Shown: piece by piece, positions 36,110 through 47,995 of the stretch
Layout: every line of letters begins with the position of its first letter
Numbering within the stretch: position 1 is the first letter of the stretch
NCBI GenBank assembly: GCA_030141605.1
Contig: JAQGDQ010000041.1
Coordinates: 310,001 to 374,000 of the forward strand
From: Tubiluchus corallicola
Lineage: Eukaryota > Animalia > Priapulida
Length of the DNA stretch: 64,000 bases
Direction: 5' to 3'
Translations under genes and position numbers: made by a program
The notes under the pieces: model-generated
Told to the model about the DNA's origin: nothing
Database searches by the model: none
The model's input: only the letters and a program-made list of their open reading frames with translations

Positions 36110-39086
36110 AGACAAGCGAAACGTTTCGAAGCTCAGGATATGAACTATTATCGGTTGTGGTGGCGCTGGCTTTCTACACAATTATATATTTTACTCATAC
36201 CATGGATTTAGAGATTACGATAAAAATATTTTACGGTGGTAAAATTCAACCTCTCTTTTAAATTCCATAGCTAGTACCTTCGACTGCTGTTAATTTCGGC
36301 GATACTTTTTAGAGAGATACAAGACTTGTGGTCTGCTGTGCGGACATCGCTTTCAGTCAAAAGGTCTCATTCTAGTCTATTGTAAAAAATATGTACGAGA
36401 TTTCTGTTATCATCTGTATAGCGCATTTCTATTATTATGCTTCCGTTATGCTTTTGCGACAATTCCAGCTACACGGATTTAAATTGTGCACAACATGCAA
36501 AATTATACTTACGTAAACTCTAATCATTGCGTAAAATTACGAACAAATTTAAGATTTTTATCCACATCAATGTCTATCGACAAAATGTTAACGCAGATGT
36601 TTCAATCAACACACAATAGGAGCTTCTTGTCACAATGGAAATTTTTTCATATAAGTTGAAATGAAGAGTTCACGGTGATGTAACTCTATCACTGACGAAA
36701 TCTGGGCAATGTAAAGGTGTCCGCTTATTTAAACGTTCAGGTGCTATCTATAAAAGAACAAAGATCTTTAATAATTTATTACCGCCTCAGAATCAACATC
36801 TTTTTGGTCAGCGTCTTCATATGACAATATATCTACTAGCTTGAAATTAGATAAGCCAGTTTTTACGAAAACTGGCTTAACAAACCCGTGAATAGAGCTA
36901 AGAACGTACGTCCAAAATCTACGAAAAATAGTGTTCGGAAGACTTCAATGAATCAGCCAAACGGCAAACCTCAGCCATTGTTGGCAAAGCGGCGCTATTT
37001 GATTTGTGTGTTGAGTCTTTTGCTGGATTAAATGCTGGGTCTTCCTGTTTCGAGGGCAGATTTATTTTATTTTTAGATTTATTTTAGAATTCTGCCTGCC
37101 TAATGACTACAGTAGACCAATCCAATAGGCTTTCGATGATGACGACGACAAAAGCTGTTGGGCGCCTTATGGCGCATTGGACAACGTACCAATGAAGGCC
37201 CAAATACCGCAGTACATTAAAGCACCTCTGACCAGTGGCCATCATAATCACACGTCACTTCTTTTTTATTCAGCAATAAAAATTAAATGTAAAGTAACAA
37301 ATAAGTAATAAATAAATTGTACTTTAGTTATTAATTACTAATAATACTTTGAAGAGGAAAAAGGGAATTTTAAAGTATGTCGCAAAAAAATTCTATACAG
37401 AGTTTAATATTTATTGTTTTGCATTATGCTTACCTATTTGGAACACTCATGTAACTAGAAAAGAAAAATCTTAGTAATTTAAATGTTAGCACTAGCTGGT
37501 AAAATGTCACCGACTCACCTTCCCAGTGTGCACCACTCGCTCACTAAAAATATACATTATTAATCTTATTGACAAGATAAACGTTATTTATGCTTTTGCT
37601 TAGTGAGGTGTGCTATGCATGCCCTGATTATTTTCTCCAACTAATTATAGGGATTTCTTGTCAGCTAATGTCAGATCTGAGCCATTCAAATTAGTAATAA
37701 TTGTTTTGCTTTTCAATTCCAAATTGCTGAGTTATGGTTATTTTTCATAAATTTTATGTTCACTAAAATATATTATGAGTGCAAGATGTAAATATAATTA
37801 TTACTCTCCTTAGTGAATTTATTTTTATGGACTGATTGTTTTATTTATGTCAACTGTGAGTCTGCTGTAATAATGAAATAAACAAAAGTATCACATACAC
37901 TGGCTATAATTACATTTGTGTAAATGTTTCGTTACTACAGATTGCATGATTTCATACTAGAGCTTCCCAGGTTAGCACCATCCATGTTCTTTGCTTAATT
38001 ACTTCTAAACGTCTTTATTTTTGATAAAGATATAATATAGCTATTCACATTAGGTGGTTTCAGCTAATTACCACGGATAATAAGGGCAAAATTCAGTAGA
38101 CAAAGTATATGCAGAGTGTTTGCACATAAGTTTACGTATAAACAAAGTCTTTACTTTGTCTATATAATTATGAATTCTCCTGATATATGGGTATGTATGG
38201 ATTTATTTGGGGCTTCTGTAGCTATACCAGCAGTGACTTTGCCACTCCCAGTGATATGCCCATCAAATGAATGTCTTAGAAATATTATAATGTAGCTGAT
38301 ATTTGCGATTTTCTTAGTGATCACTGAACCATTCTTCTCATACACGGCATATCACACAGGCACTGCTATGATATAAACAGAGAAACAAAACACCAAAAAC
38401 TTCAGTAAAATAAATTATTAAATATGTAAGAAATCATTATTTACATCCACACGTGATCTTCATAAAAACTACATTATCATTGACTGCACAATATCAATGC
38501 AATTACAGGTAAACCTGTGACTGACAAACTGAGTGAAAAAGCATTCCAACGAAAATACTGTAAATCCTCAGAATTGTTATTGAATTTAATTTCATTGACA
38601 AAATCAATTAGCATTAAATAAATTTCTAAAACCCAAAATGCTAACTAATATGCTTCTACTTGTGGGTTGTGAAAGCAGATTTACCAGACAAAAAATTTTC
38701 TGTTAACATCTCTAATTTTTACTAAATCTAAAAAAAGCAAAATCATCCAACATATTTACAATTATTTACAAATTTTATCCACTTATATACATTGAATTGT
38801 ACAGGCAATTTAATCATGACATAATTAAATAACTTAACAATACATTACGAACTATTATGGAACAACGCTGCACAATTTTACTTCATTTCTAGTAGATATC
38901 AGAGGTAATATAAAGCAACACTGATTGTGATGGTATTCACAATAGGAATTTTTAAAACACGCTGTCTTTAAAACAATAGGAATTTTAAAAGGCTTTATAT
39001 GTGAGAATAAAGGTCTAAAAAAGAATAAATTGGATAAAAGGCAAATGTCTAAGCTATATTTGCATAAGTATTTATAGATAACTAGG

Positions 39087-42000
39087 TCAAAGAAATTCAG
39101 TTAAAGATTTGTTTGAAGGCTTTCTTTTTAAATGTGCTACGGTTCCAGTTGTCTTATCTAACAATTGAATACCATAATGTTCATTAGTTTCATCAGCTTC
39201 TGGGATCGATCGCTCCTGCATCATTAATGGTACCATCTCCATTGGCCGCACTTTTCCATTACTAACACTTCTTTGTTGCCGTGACAATAATGGCTGCTGC
39301 ACGCTTTCCTTATATCCTTTTTGTGGGATGCGCACTTTCGGCAGCATCTCTTCGTATGTGTGATTTACAACTTTTTTTTCAGTACATCCATTGTCGTCTT
39401 CGTCATCACTAGGACGGAAAGTACGATAGCTCAAGGGTGTTTCGCAAGAGTCATTAGCTGTAGGTGTACATTTACCTTTAGACTGACTAGTGTTATAACG
39501 AGGTGGGGAGGAATTAGACGAGAGTGTTGCACCGGCTGAAACCTCCTTGCTCAGGATGCTGTTCACTGAACCATATGTGTCGGCTGAAAAAAAAGTACAG
39601 AAAAAGATTGTATTAAAGCAATGGAATAACAAGCAGGACAAAAAAAAGATCACAATACATCACTGCAGGGCTGTTTCATGCTTCTTTACAGCTGCACCAC
39701 AAAGCAAAATGTCTATAACTGATATAGTGGTGTAGCCAGAGCGTATGGTCCCTGGGAATGACATTCAAGTTTATGCACAACCCCCACGAAAAATGATAAC
39801 ATCCTTCTGATTTTAGATTTGTAAAACTTATCGATGTTGTGTTGCAGATGCGATGAGTTGTAGTAGAAATAAACTGATTGAATATGATTGCTGCAGTGAA
39901 TGTTGTAGAAATAAATGCTCCCTGAATGCTGCAAAAGCTACAAGAATGTGACTGTAAATGTGCTGCTTAAATAAATTGAAGACATGTATTGCATAAAAAT
40001 TTTGAAAAACAAAGACAAACCAAGCAAACATTATAAAGATATTGAACTACTAATTATCATCCACCTTTGTCGCAAACTTTTGGCGAAAGATACTGTAAGC
40101 AGCATTTTCCTAGAAAAAAGAATCAACTTCTACACTGCATTTAATCAAAGTACCAGTGAAAGAGGACTGCCTTTGACCCGCCCCCCCCCCCAGCTACGCC
40201 ACTGTTCTGACAATATGAATATGGATGTAAAAAACGTTGTAAATCATTCAACATTAACATCTACATAGTTGATTAATAGTTGCTTTTTTTGCCTTATGTT
40301 GTCAGTGATACTTATCCAAATATATGACTGAACATACATTTAAGTAGTTTAACTTTATAATAATTTTGCACTTTACTGTTGTACAATAAAAAATTACAGG
40401 CATTGCCACTGTACTGTAACTCAACAAATGACCACAGCTGCGAGCTGCTGCGTACAACCATACAAGTTATTTAAACTACCAAAACAAATTTACAAAACAC
40501 AACATTTTAGTCTACTCATTCTATTTTGCACAAAAAATACAGTACATTTGTTAAACACTATCTCTTAAGTAATACCGTAAGGATGCTATAAAAACAAATG
40601 ACTCATAAACTGAATAATTGAGTCAAACGTGCAGAAAAGGCAAAAACAACTACAAACTGGAAAACAACAAACAAAGAGGCTTGATGTACGATTATTCAAT
40701 CTCTTCTGCAAATAGAAACTGTTTTACAGAAAAACGAATGATGTATATAAGACTTAAAAGGGGCTCCTTACTAGTGCAAAAATAGTAATGGTCACAAAAT
40801 TTAATAACTTGGTTCTCAAATGCCCATTCAGAAAAGTAAGGGCATTTAGAAGCATTTTATCTTACAACTAATTTGACGAAAGAGGAAGTTATATTTAAAT
40901 TTTTTAGAGACAGTATCACTATGATGAGCCACATTAAGGCACCACAAGCAGCTAAGACAAGTGCTTAGTTAGGACTGTTATAATACACAACAAATAGTTG
41001 TAGCACATGCCTGCATTGTTAGACATATTGCCACATGGGAAGCAAAAAATGTGCCAGAAAGGTGTTGGTTTTTTCCTTTTTTCTGGTAACAAATTGCATG
41101 CTGCAATAGCATAATAACGTCTGAGAACCAATATAACATTTTGTGACCCAATGTCAGTATTGTAGTAAGCACACTAAGTACAGCTACAGTGCACGAAGTA
41201 ACTCCATACTCACCAGAAGGGGAGCCAATTGACCTGCATGGAACAATGACCGCAAAAAGAGATAAACTGAGAGTAAGTTACAGTTTTGCAAACTATCTAA
41301 GAAACACCACATTTTTAACATAGCGAGAAAAGATAAATTTATAGAAATGTAAGAAAATAAGAAAAAAACAACTCACATACTTATTAGTTATAAGCCAGTC
41401 ATAGTACAGAAAATATTTTAAAATATCAAAATTTTTAGTTTGCATCCAACAAATGTGAAGTGTGAAATGAACTTTTTTACACGTGGTATAACTTCTATTT
41501 TGTGCTGAGAACCTAAGACAGATTGAATATTTTTGCATTTAAATGAGTCCATGCATTCAGGACAAAAGTTGTTGGGACCGAGAAAGCAAAAGTCACGAGG
41601 GGCATTTTGCAGTCAAAGCACAAACCAAATAATGTGAAGTTGTTATTTACCATTGTTACACTATTATGTGACAACTAAGCAAGTAACTGAGTATGCGTTG
41701 GCTGTGCTCAAACAAGAATATAGAACCATTGTATTCCTAACCTAGAACTAGAAGCTAGTTCAGGCCAAGACTGTTCGACACCAAGATGAAATATGTCAGT
41801 TTAAATTGTGTGTGACAGCATCACATATTAATGTAAAATATTCCTATTAAACACACTGTTCACATTAGTCAGATAATACAGGTTGTTATAAACAGGCAAA
41901 CCTCTTTATACTACTTATTTTAGGAGTGCAAAAAGACGGCACTGAGCGAGTTTGGCATTATAACGAGGTACATTAATTTATACATGTCTATGCAAGTATA

Positions 42001-45000
42001 AACATTTGGTTTTGCCAAAAACATTGGTGTTAAGTGAGGGGGGCATTACAAAGGAGGGCGTTATAACGAGGTTTGACTGTAAAGTTCATTACCTAGCATA
42101 AAGATTGCAAAAACCACAACCCTGAGAAGGGGGAAATAATCCATGCTGCAAAGAACATTCCCAAACCACTGCAACCAAAAGTTGAAGAACAAGAGTATAA
42201 TAAAGCAAACTAATATAGACTAACAAGGACATACATATATTTACCTTGTATTACCTTCGCTGGTTTCGCTTTCACAATAATCAGCAGATGACACTGGCAT
42301 GTAGCTTGTGCTGCCACCTCGTGGTGGTGAATGCAATGTTTCTATGGAATTGTCATGAATGCTTTCGGCATAACCTGTATCTTGAGAAACGGAACTATTA
42401 ACGTTACTTGCATTCCTGAGATCCTAGAAGAGAGAGAATAGCATTTTATAAAGTTACCAGTAAGTTGAACAATAAATGTGACTGTAACAGCGCAAATTCA
42501 AACACTTAGTTATAAAAATAATGATAAAAAAAATCATTCTTTTTAAAAGAGACACCCAAGAGGTAGAAAACGTTTGTTCATATGCAGCATATTTATATCC
42601 TGGTTCACGGATTGACCAACTTTGAAAAACCGAAAGTCACACCTTTCTTAAATATTATAAGTTTTTGTCACACTAAAAATACTCATTCACATTATTTAAT
42701 ATAATCACTAGTGGATGAATTAGTATAAAAAATAAAAATACTTTTCATTTGATTTATCTTTGCTATTATTCTCTATGTAAATCTGCAGTTGACTTGCAAG
42801 TACAAATTAACATAAGTAAAAAGAAATAGTGACATATGTAAGACATTTGTACATTCAGCACTTACTGAGCTCTGAATACTTGTATTCAAACGCGGATTTG
42901 GAGTCCGACGTATAACCGGATGAGGGAGTGGTGGATGCGGATGATCAATGTATTCATTTTGTGGTCGTGACCTTTGCGATGAAGGGATCATCAAAGTGTT
43001 TACATCATGTGGGCTCTGCAACACAAACATCGAAAAGTATTAACAACAATGTCAGTTCAAAAAAATCAGCCAGAAAGTGACTGTGTAAAACATGGCAAAT
43101 ATCTTTAATGGAAATACACTGTACACATTATCATAACTGACAATTTTGAGAGTACATAAGTAATTTGTTAAATACGATCAACATATTTCAGTGTTTGTTA
43201 AAGCATTTAATTCAAAATGAAAAAAAAGATAAATAGTCGGTAATACATATTCAAACTGAGTTAGCAACTTTGAGCAACGATACTTTTGCAAAATCAGCCA
43301 TCTAAGGACCGAAGGTGACATAAGTAGTATGCAAGTATAAAAGGCATAAGCAAATAAAGGCTTGGACAGCTTGTTGCAAAAATATTAAATATACATCACA
43401 ACACTAACTTTACATACATTTGCATGAGATCCAGCTTGTGATGGATTCCTGGAATTAAAAACCCAGCTAAAGTTTCCGGTCAACACGGAATCACTGCGAT
43501 CGTGTTCTACTCGACCAGAGTGGCCGGAATGTGTGGAGTTAGTACAGTTGTCTGCACTACTCCGATGACTCCCAATACTTCCAGAACGTCCGCTCGGGTC
43601 AGTCCGGCCAGCGCAGCCGCCCTCCTCTATGTCGGATGAAGCAGCAGATGGTTTACGACGAGGTTTAAGACCCTGGAAAATTCTCTGGGCTTCCGTTCGT
43701 ACATTGTATGCAAGATTCTCCCTACTCTTGCGACGGTATAGTATGAGCAAGATCACAACTGCAATAATCAGAAATGCTGAAATACCAGCCATGATTAAAA
43801 TCAAAGTGATGTTAGTTTTGGCATCCACAGGAAAATCATCTACAACATTTTCATCTAGATGGAGACTCAGTAGATACATCAAAGTCTCATTTGTTGTTGT
43901 GTTCCCAGGATGAATGATGATATTTAGTGTTGCCATCGCTACATTTTGAGGCTCTCCATGATCTTTTACAGTAAGAATTAGTTTATGTAAGCCAACTAAA
44001 TCAGACCGCAACGGCACAGTTGTCGTGATCTCCCCACTGTGTTTATCAATGTCAAACATTTTCAAACCATTACCATCCATGATGCCAAACTCCATCTCTG
44101 CATTCTCATCTTCGTCGTCATCGTAAGCCGTCACTTCGCAAACAAATTTTCCACTGGGAGATGTTTCCGGAAGAAACACAACGTTCTCGCTTCCAGATGG
44201 GAAGGTAATTACAGGAACATTGTCATTTGTATCTGTCACGAAGATGGTTACATTGGCAGAGTCAAATCGCTGTGGCACGCCTTGATCAGATGCAATGACA
44301 ACGTATTTATAGATATCTTTTTTCTCGCGGTCAAGTTTCCGGTTTGTATAGATTCCTCCAGTCTTTGGATCAATGCTGAATTCAAGAACCGTCTTACTGA
44401 ATGAATATTCAACCTCTCCATTTACTTGAATGTCTTTGTCGACTGCATCAACCGATCCCACGAGTGTTGAAATGGCTTGGTTTTCAGGGAGTGAAAAGCT
44501 GTAAAATTTCCTTTCAAATACTGGAGAATTATCATTCTCATCTTTTAGCACGATCTTGACAAACGTATGAGAACTTAAACTTGGTTGACCACCATCTGTT
44601 GCCACAACTTTTATATCTATTAACTGTTTCTCTTCTCTATCAAATGTTGTTCTAGTTGTAATAATCCCAGAAGTTGGATTAATTTTAAATGCAATATCAT
44701 GCGGTGGGGCTATATGATATTTTATTACAGCATTTTCGCCCTTATCCCGATCTGTTGCTGTAACCTGAGTCACAATCCTCCCTATGTTATTATTTTCTGG
44801 AATTTTAGCTATAAATAGAGTTTGATTAAATGTGGGTGCATTATCATTCTCGTCAGTAACTTGCACATGAAGCACCCCTGTCGAAGATTTCACGGGAGAT
44901 CCTTTATCTTCAACTCGGATAGTTAAGTTATACCGACTTTTCTGCTCTCGATCCAACTTTACTGCAGTTACTAACATGTATTCATTAATAAATACAGGTT

Positions 45001-47060
45001 TCAGAGCGAAATATGCAGCATTGTCTGACAAGATTTCTGCAGTAGCACGACCATTTTCTCCACTATCCAAATCAGATATTGTAAGTTTAGCTACAAAAGA
45101 ACCGATTGGAGCTCCTTCAGAAATGTATGCTATACCGTCACCAGCAGACAGTAAATCAATGTTAATCACAGGCACTTTATCGTTAATGTCCACAACCTTG
45201 ACCTTGACCAATGTAACACCAGTCAATGGAAATGGACCTTGGTCAGTTGCATCAATATATATGTTGTACGCATCCTTTTTTTCATAATCAACATCTCCAA
45301 TGACAAATAGTTCACCAGTCTCAGGGTCGACATCAAATGCTTCCCTAACTGCTTTTTCATTGCGAGAAGACAATTTGTACGTAATTTTGCCATTTGGTCC
45401 ATAATCTGGGTCTACAGCCTTAACTTGCAATATAGTAGTAGATGGTGCTATGTGTTCAACAATTTCGCGCTGATACTTAAGTTGTTCAAACGCTGGAGCA
45501 TTATCATTTGAGTCAGTAATATCGATATTTACACTAACCGATCCACTACGTCTCGGGATGCCATGATCGGACGCTATCACTTTTAGCTGCAATAAATAAA
45601 AAAGGTACTTTTATTACCAATAACTGGAAAATAAACCATGCGTACATCCACACAGATTAGGGAATGTATAAAACGCTGCAGGTTGTCAAAAAATAAGTTT
45701 TTAAATCATAAGTTAGACCATTTAAACACATTTATTTTAATGACGTCATAATCAGGAAGAAACAAACACACATTGTTCAACAACAATTTTTATAGATTTG
45801 TTAATTAATTAATCAATAAGTGTGAACAAAGCCTTTTGTGAATATTAACCAATAAAGTTTTATTCTCAGAACTGTCTTTTCCGGATTATTAACATAACCA
45901 CTTCCCCCATTTTCAAAAATTTTGGATTGTCAGTGCTAGATGGCGCCAAGCTATTAGAGCCCATACTATAATTTTTAAGGGAAACAGGAACACAGTTGCA
46001 ACAGCATACAGGCAGTTGCTTACTTTCATTTTATATACTTGCAAAGAGTATGTATTATGTAGGTAGACGATATATGACAGTATTACTAAAAAAAAACTAG
46101 CATAACTACGCAAAATACAAATGAAATTCTTTTATTATGGTATTTAAAGATAATTGTTTGTTACTTTGAAGTGATTAATTATGATAAGTGTTTCAAGTTT
46201 TCCATTAAACACAAATATGCAAAAAAGAAAAAACATTATTGCATTAGCCTAAATGTACTTTACATTATTTTTATCTCATAATTATAAAGCTCATAAAAGA
46301 CATAATAAATAATAAGTTTGCCTTTGGACGCCTTGAACATTTACTTTTAATAAAGTATCAACGCACAATCTATACTGGGAAAATTTGTTGTATTGAATAA
46401 TGGAATTTATTTTATTGTGTCATAACAACCCACCTTTTGAGACTGGCCAGCCTCTCGGTCCAGCGATTTCTGTACAACTAATGCAACTATTTGCTCCCCA
46501 AAAGCATCAGAAGTCACCTTCAAAGCAAAATCACCCCCTGTTGGTTTCAACTCGTACTCTTGCACAGAGTTATGTAATATGTCCTCATCCAGCGCTGGTT
46601 CCAACAGCACCGTATGCCCTATAGGCGCGTTTTCGGGCACTTGTAAATTCAGAGGATTTATAGGAAAATATGGGTCATGATCATTTACATCCATAATTTC
46701 AACTTTAGCACGCACAATTTCAAAGTATTGCAAAGGTGTCACGGCTATATCAAAACTATATACACAGTTTAACTTGTGACCACACATTTCTTCCCTGTCG
46801 ATTACAGTAGCCGTGGTAATGTTACCCGCAGAATCAATGTGAAAGTACTGAGTTTTGTTAGCAGACGATAAAATATTGAATTTGATGTTGTTTACACTAG
46901 CTGGTATATTTACAACTTCGCGCACGTTTGTGACTATAGTTCCCGCTGGTTGCTCTTCGTAGACAGAAGCTAGTAACTCAGCACCGTCGGCGTATTTTAG
47001 TAAAATACACAGTAATAGAAATGCGTTGATAAGAAGTCTACAAGCTAGAGACAGTTTCAT
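39087..47060 (-). CDS. Delta-type (non-clustered) protocadherin with 7 cadherin repeats, ~1200 aa
   Basis: Coding exons 47060-46434, 45586-43418 (alternative donor 43409), 43015-42866, 42423-42255 (or -42245), optional 41233-41214, 39583-39087. Signal peptide, no prodomain, EC1 with CGHKLNC, repeated PE/LDRE/DxNDNxP motifs, TM (ITLILIMAGISAFLIIAVVILLILY), Ser-rich cytoplasmic tail. Splice acceptor at 47092/47091 implies an upstream non-coding exon. Cytoplasmic exons are less certain than the ectodomain. Confidence 0.93.
41893..42079. mobile_element. Tc1/mariner-superfamily (pogo/Tigger-like) MITE in a protocadherin intron
   Basis: Left end caggcaaacctctttata, right end ttataacgaggtttgactg followed by TA; internal ttataacgagg repeat. 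Confidence 0.7.
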
Positions 47061-47934
47061 TTTGATGCGCTGCGACTTTGGTTGCCTGTACCTGAAATGA
47101 AAATATATAAAGTAATATAAAGAAACAGCCAGTGTAGATACTAATCAAATAAACACACGAACGGAACCAGAAAGTCTGAAAAATTCGCTGAGACCGTGCT
47201 CGCACCTCAGCTGGACTAAAGCAGTGGTTTTGAACTTTTGACAGTGATTTGCATAAGCAAAGATCATTAATTAATTATAGCAAGGAGCTGTGTGATCTAG
47301 TAGCCTAAAACACTGTAACTGAAATAAAAAACTTGTTTGATTTTTTCACCTTACCTTCGTTTCGGTTGAACATGTTTCAAAAATTAATTTTAAAGAGACT
47401 ATCAAACAAGAGCACTATTATTATTATTATAAACTAATTAACGATCAAAATTAGTTTTTCAAGTTGATTATTGTTACAAATTCCATTCTTGACATTTCTA
47501 TGCACATTGATTTTTTTTAAAGTAAAAACAAAAATAGACATAGAAAATTTAAATTCTTTTTCTCATTTTGTACATATCATCTGAGATATAATGTGTGAAC
47601 TGTTTGCCAAACAGAAAAAAACAGTAAATGTCAACACTTTTCCTATTAAAGCAAAATAATTAATAAACATGTGACAATAAATTTAGCAAAAATTAAGCTT
47701 TCTCAAAAAGTGCAAAACGAATCCGAATCTCAAATTACCTTCGTCGTATTCTATAATACCAACAAAGTAACGGGTTAAACTTCGAACACTGCACTCTTAT
47801 CATTTTAAAAACTAACCAAGTAAAGACTAATATTATAGCAGTTGCTATACACTAACAAAAAAAATGTGCAACCGAGCTGAAGTCTCAACATTAACTGTTA
47901 CGATATATCCTAGACCCTGCTTTCAGATAACGAC

Positions 47935-47995
47935 TTTAGCGCATGCGCCTAACTAAGCGCAAATGCTCAATCAACCAATCAGCGCACGGTTACCG
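47935..47995. promoter_or_regulatory. Candidate protocadherin promoter (NRF1-type palindrome and CCAAT box)
   Basis: GCGCATGCGC at 47939-47948 and CCAATCA at ~47975 in a CpG-rich patch ~0.9 kb upstream of the ATG; candidate minus-strand donors at ~47355 and ~47739. Confidence 0.45.

Noticed and set aside
35895-36261. ORFs of 82 and 104 aa
   Set aside because: Antisense translations across the tRNA-Ser gene.
43629-46624. Plus-strand ORFs over protocadherin exons
   Set aside because: Antisense shadows of the cadherin coding sequence.
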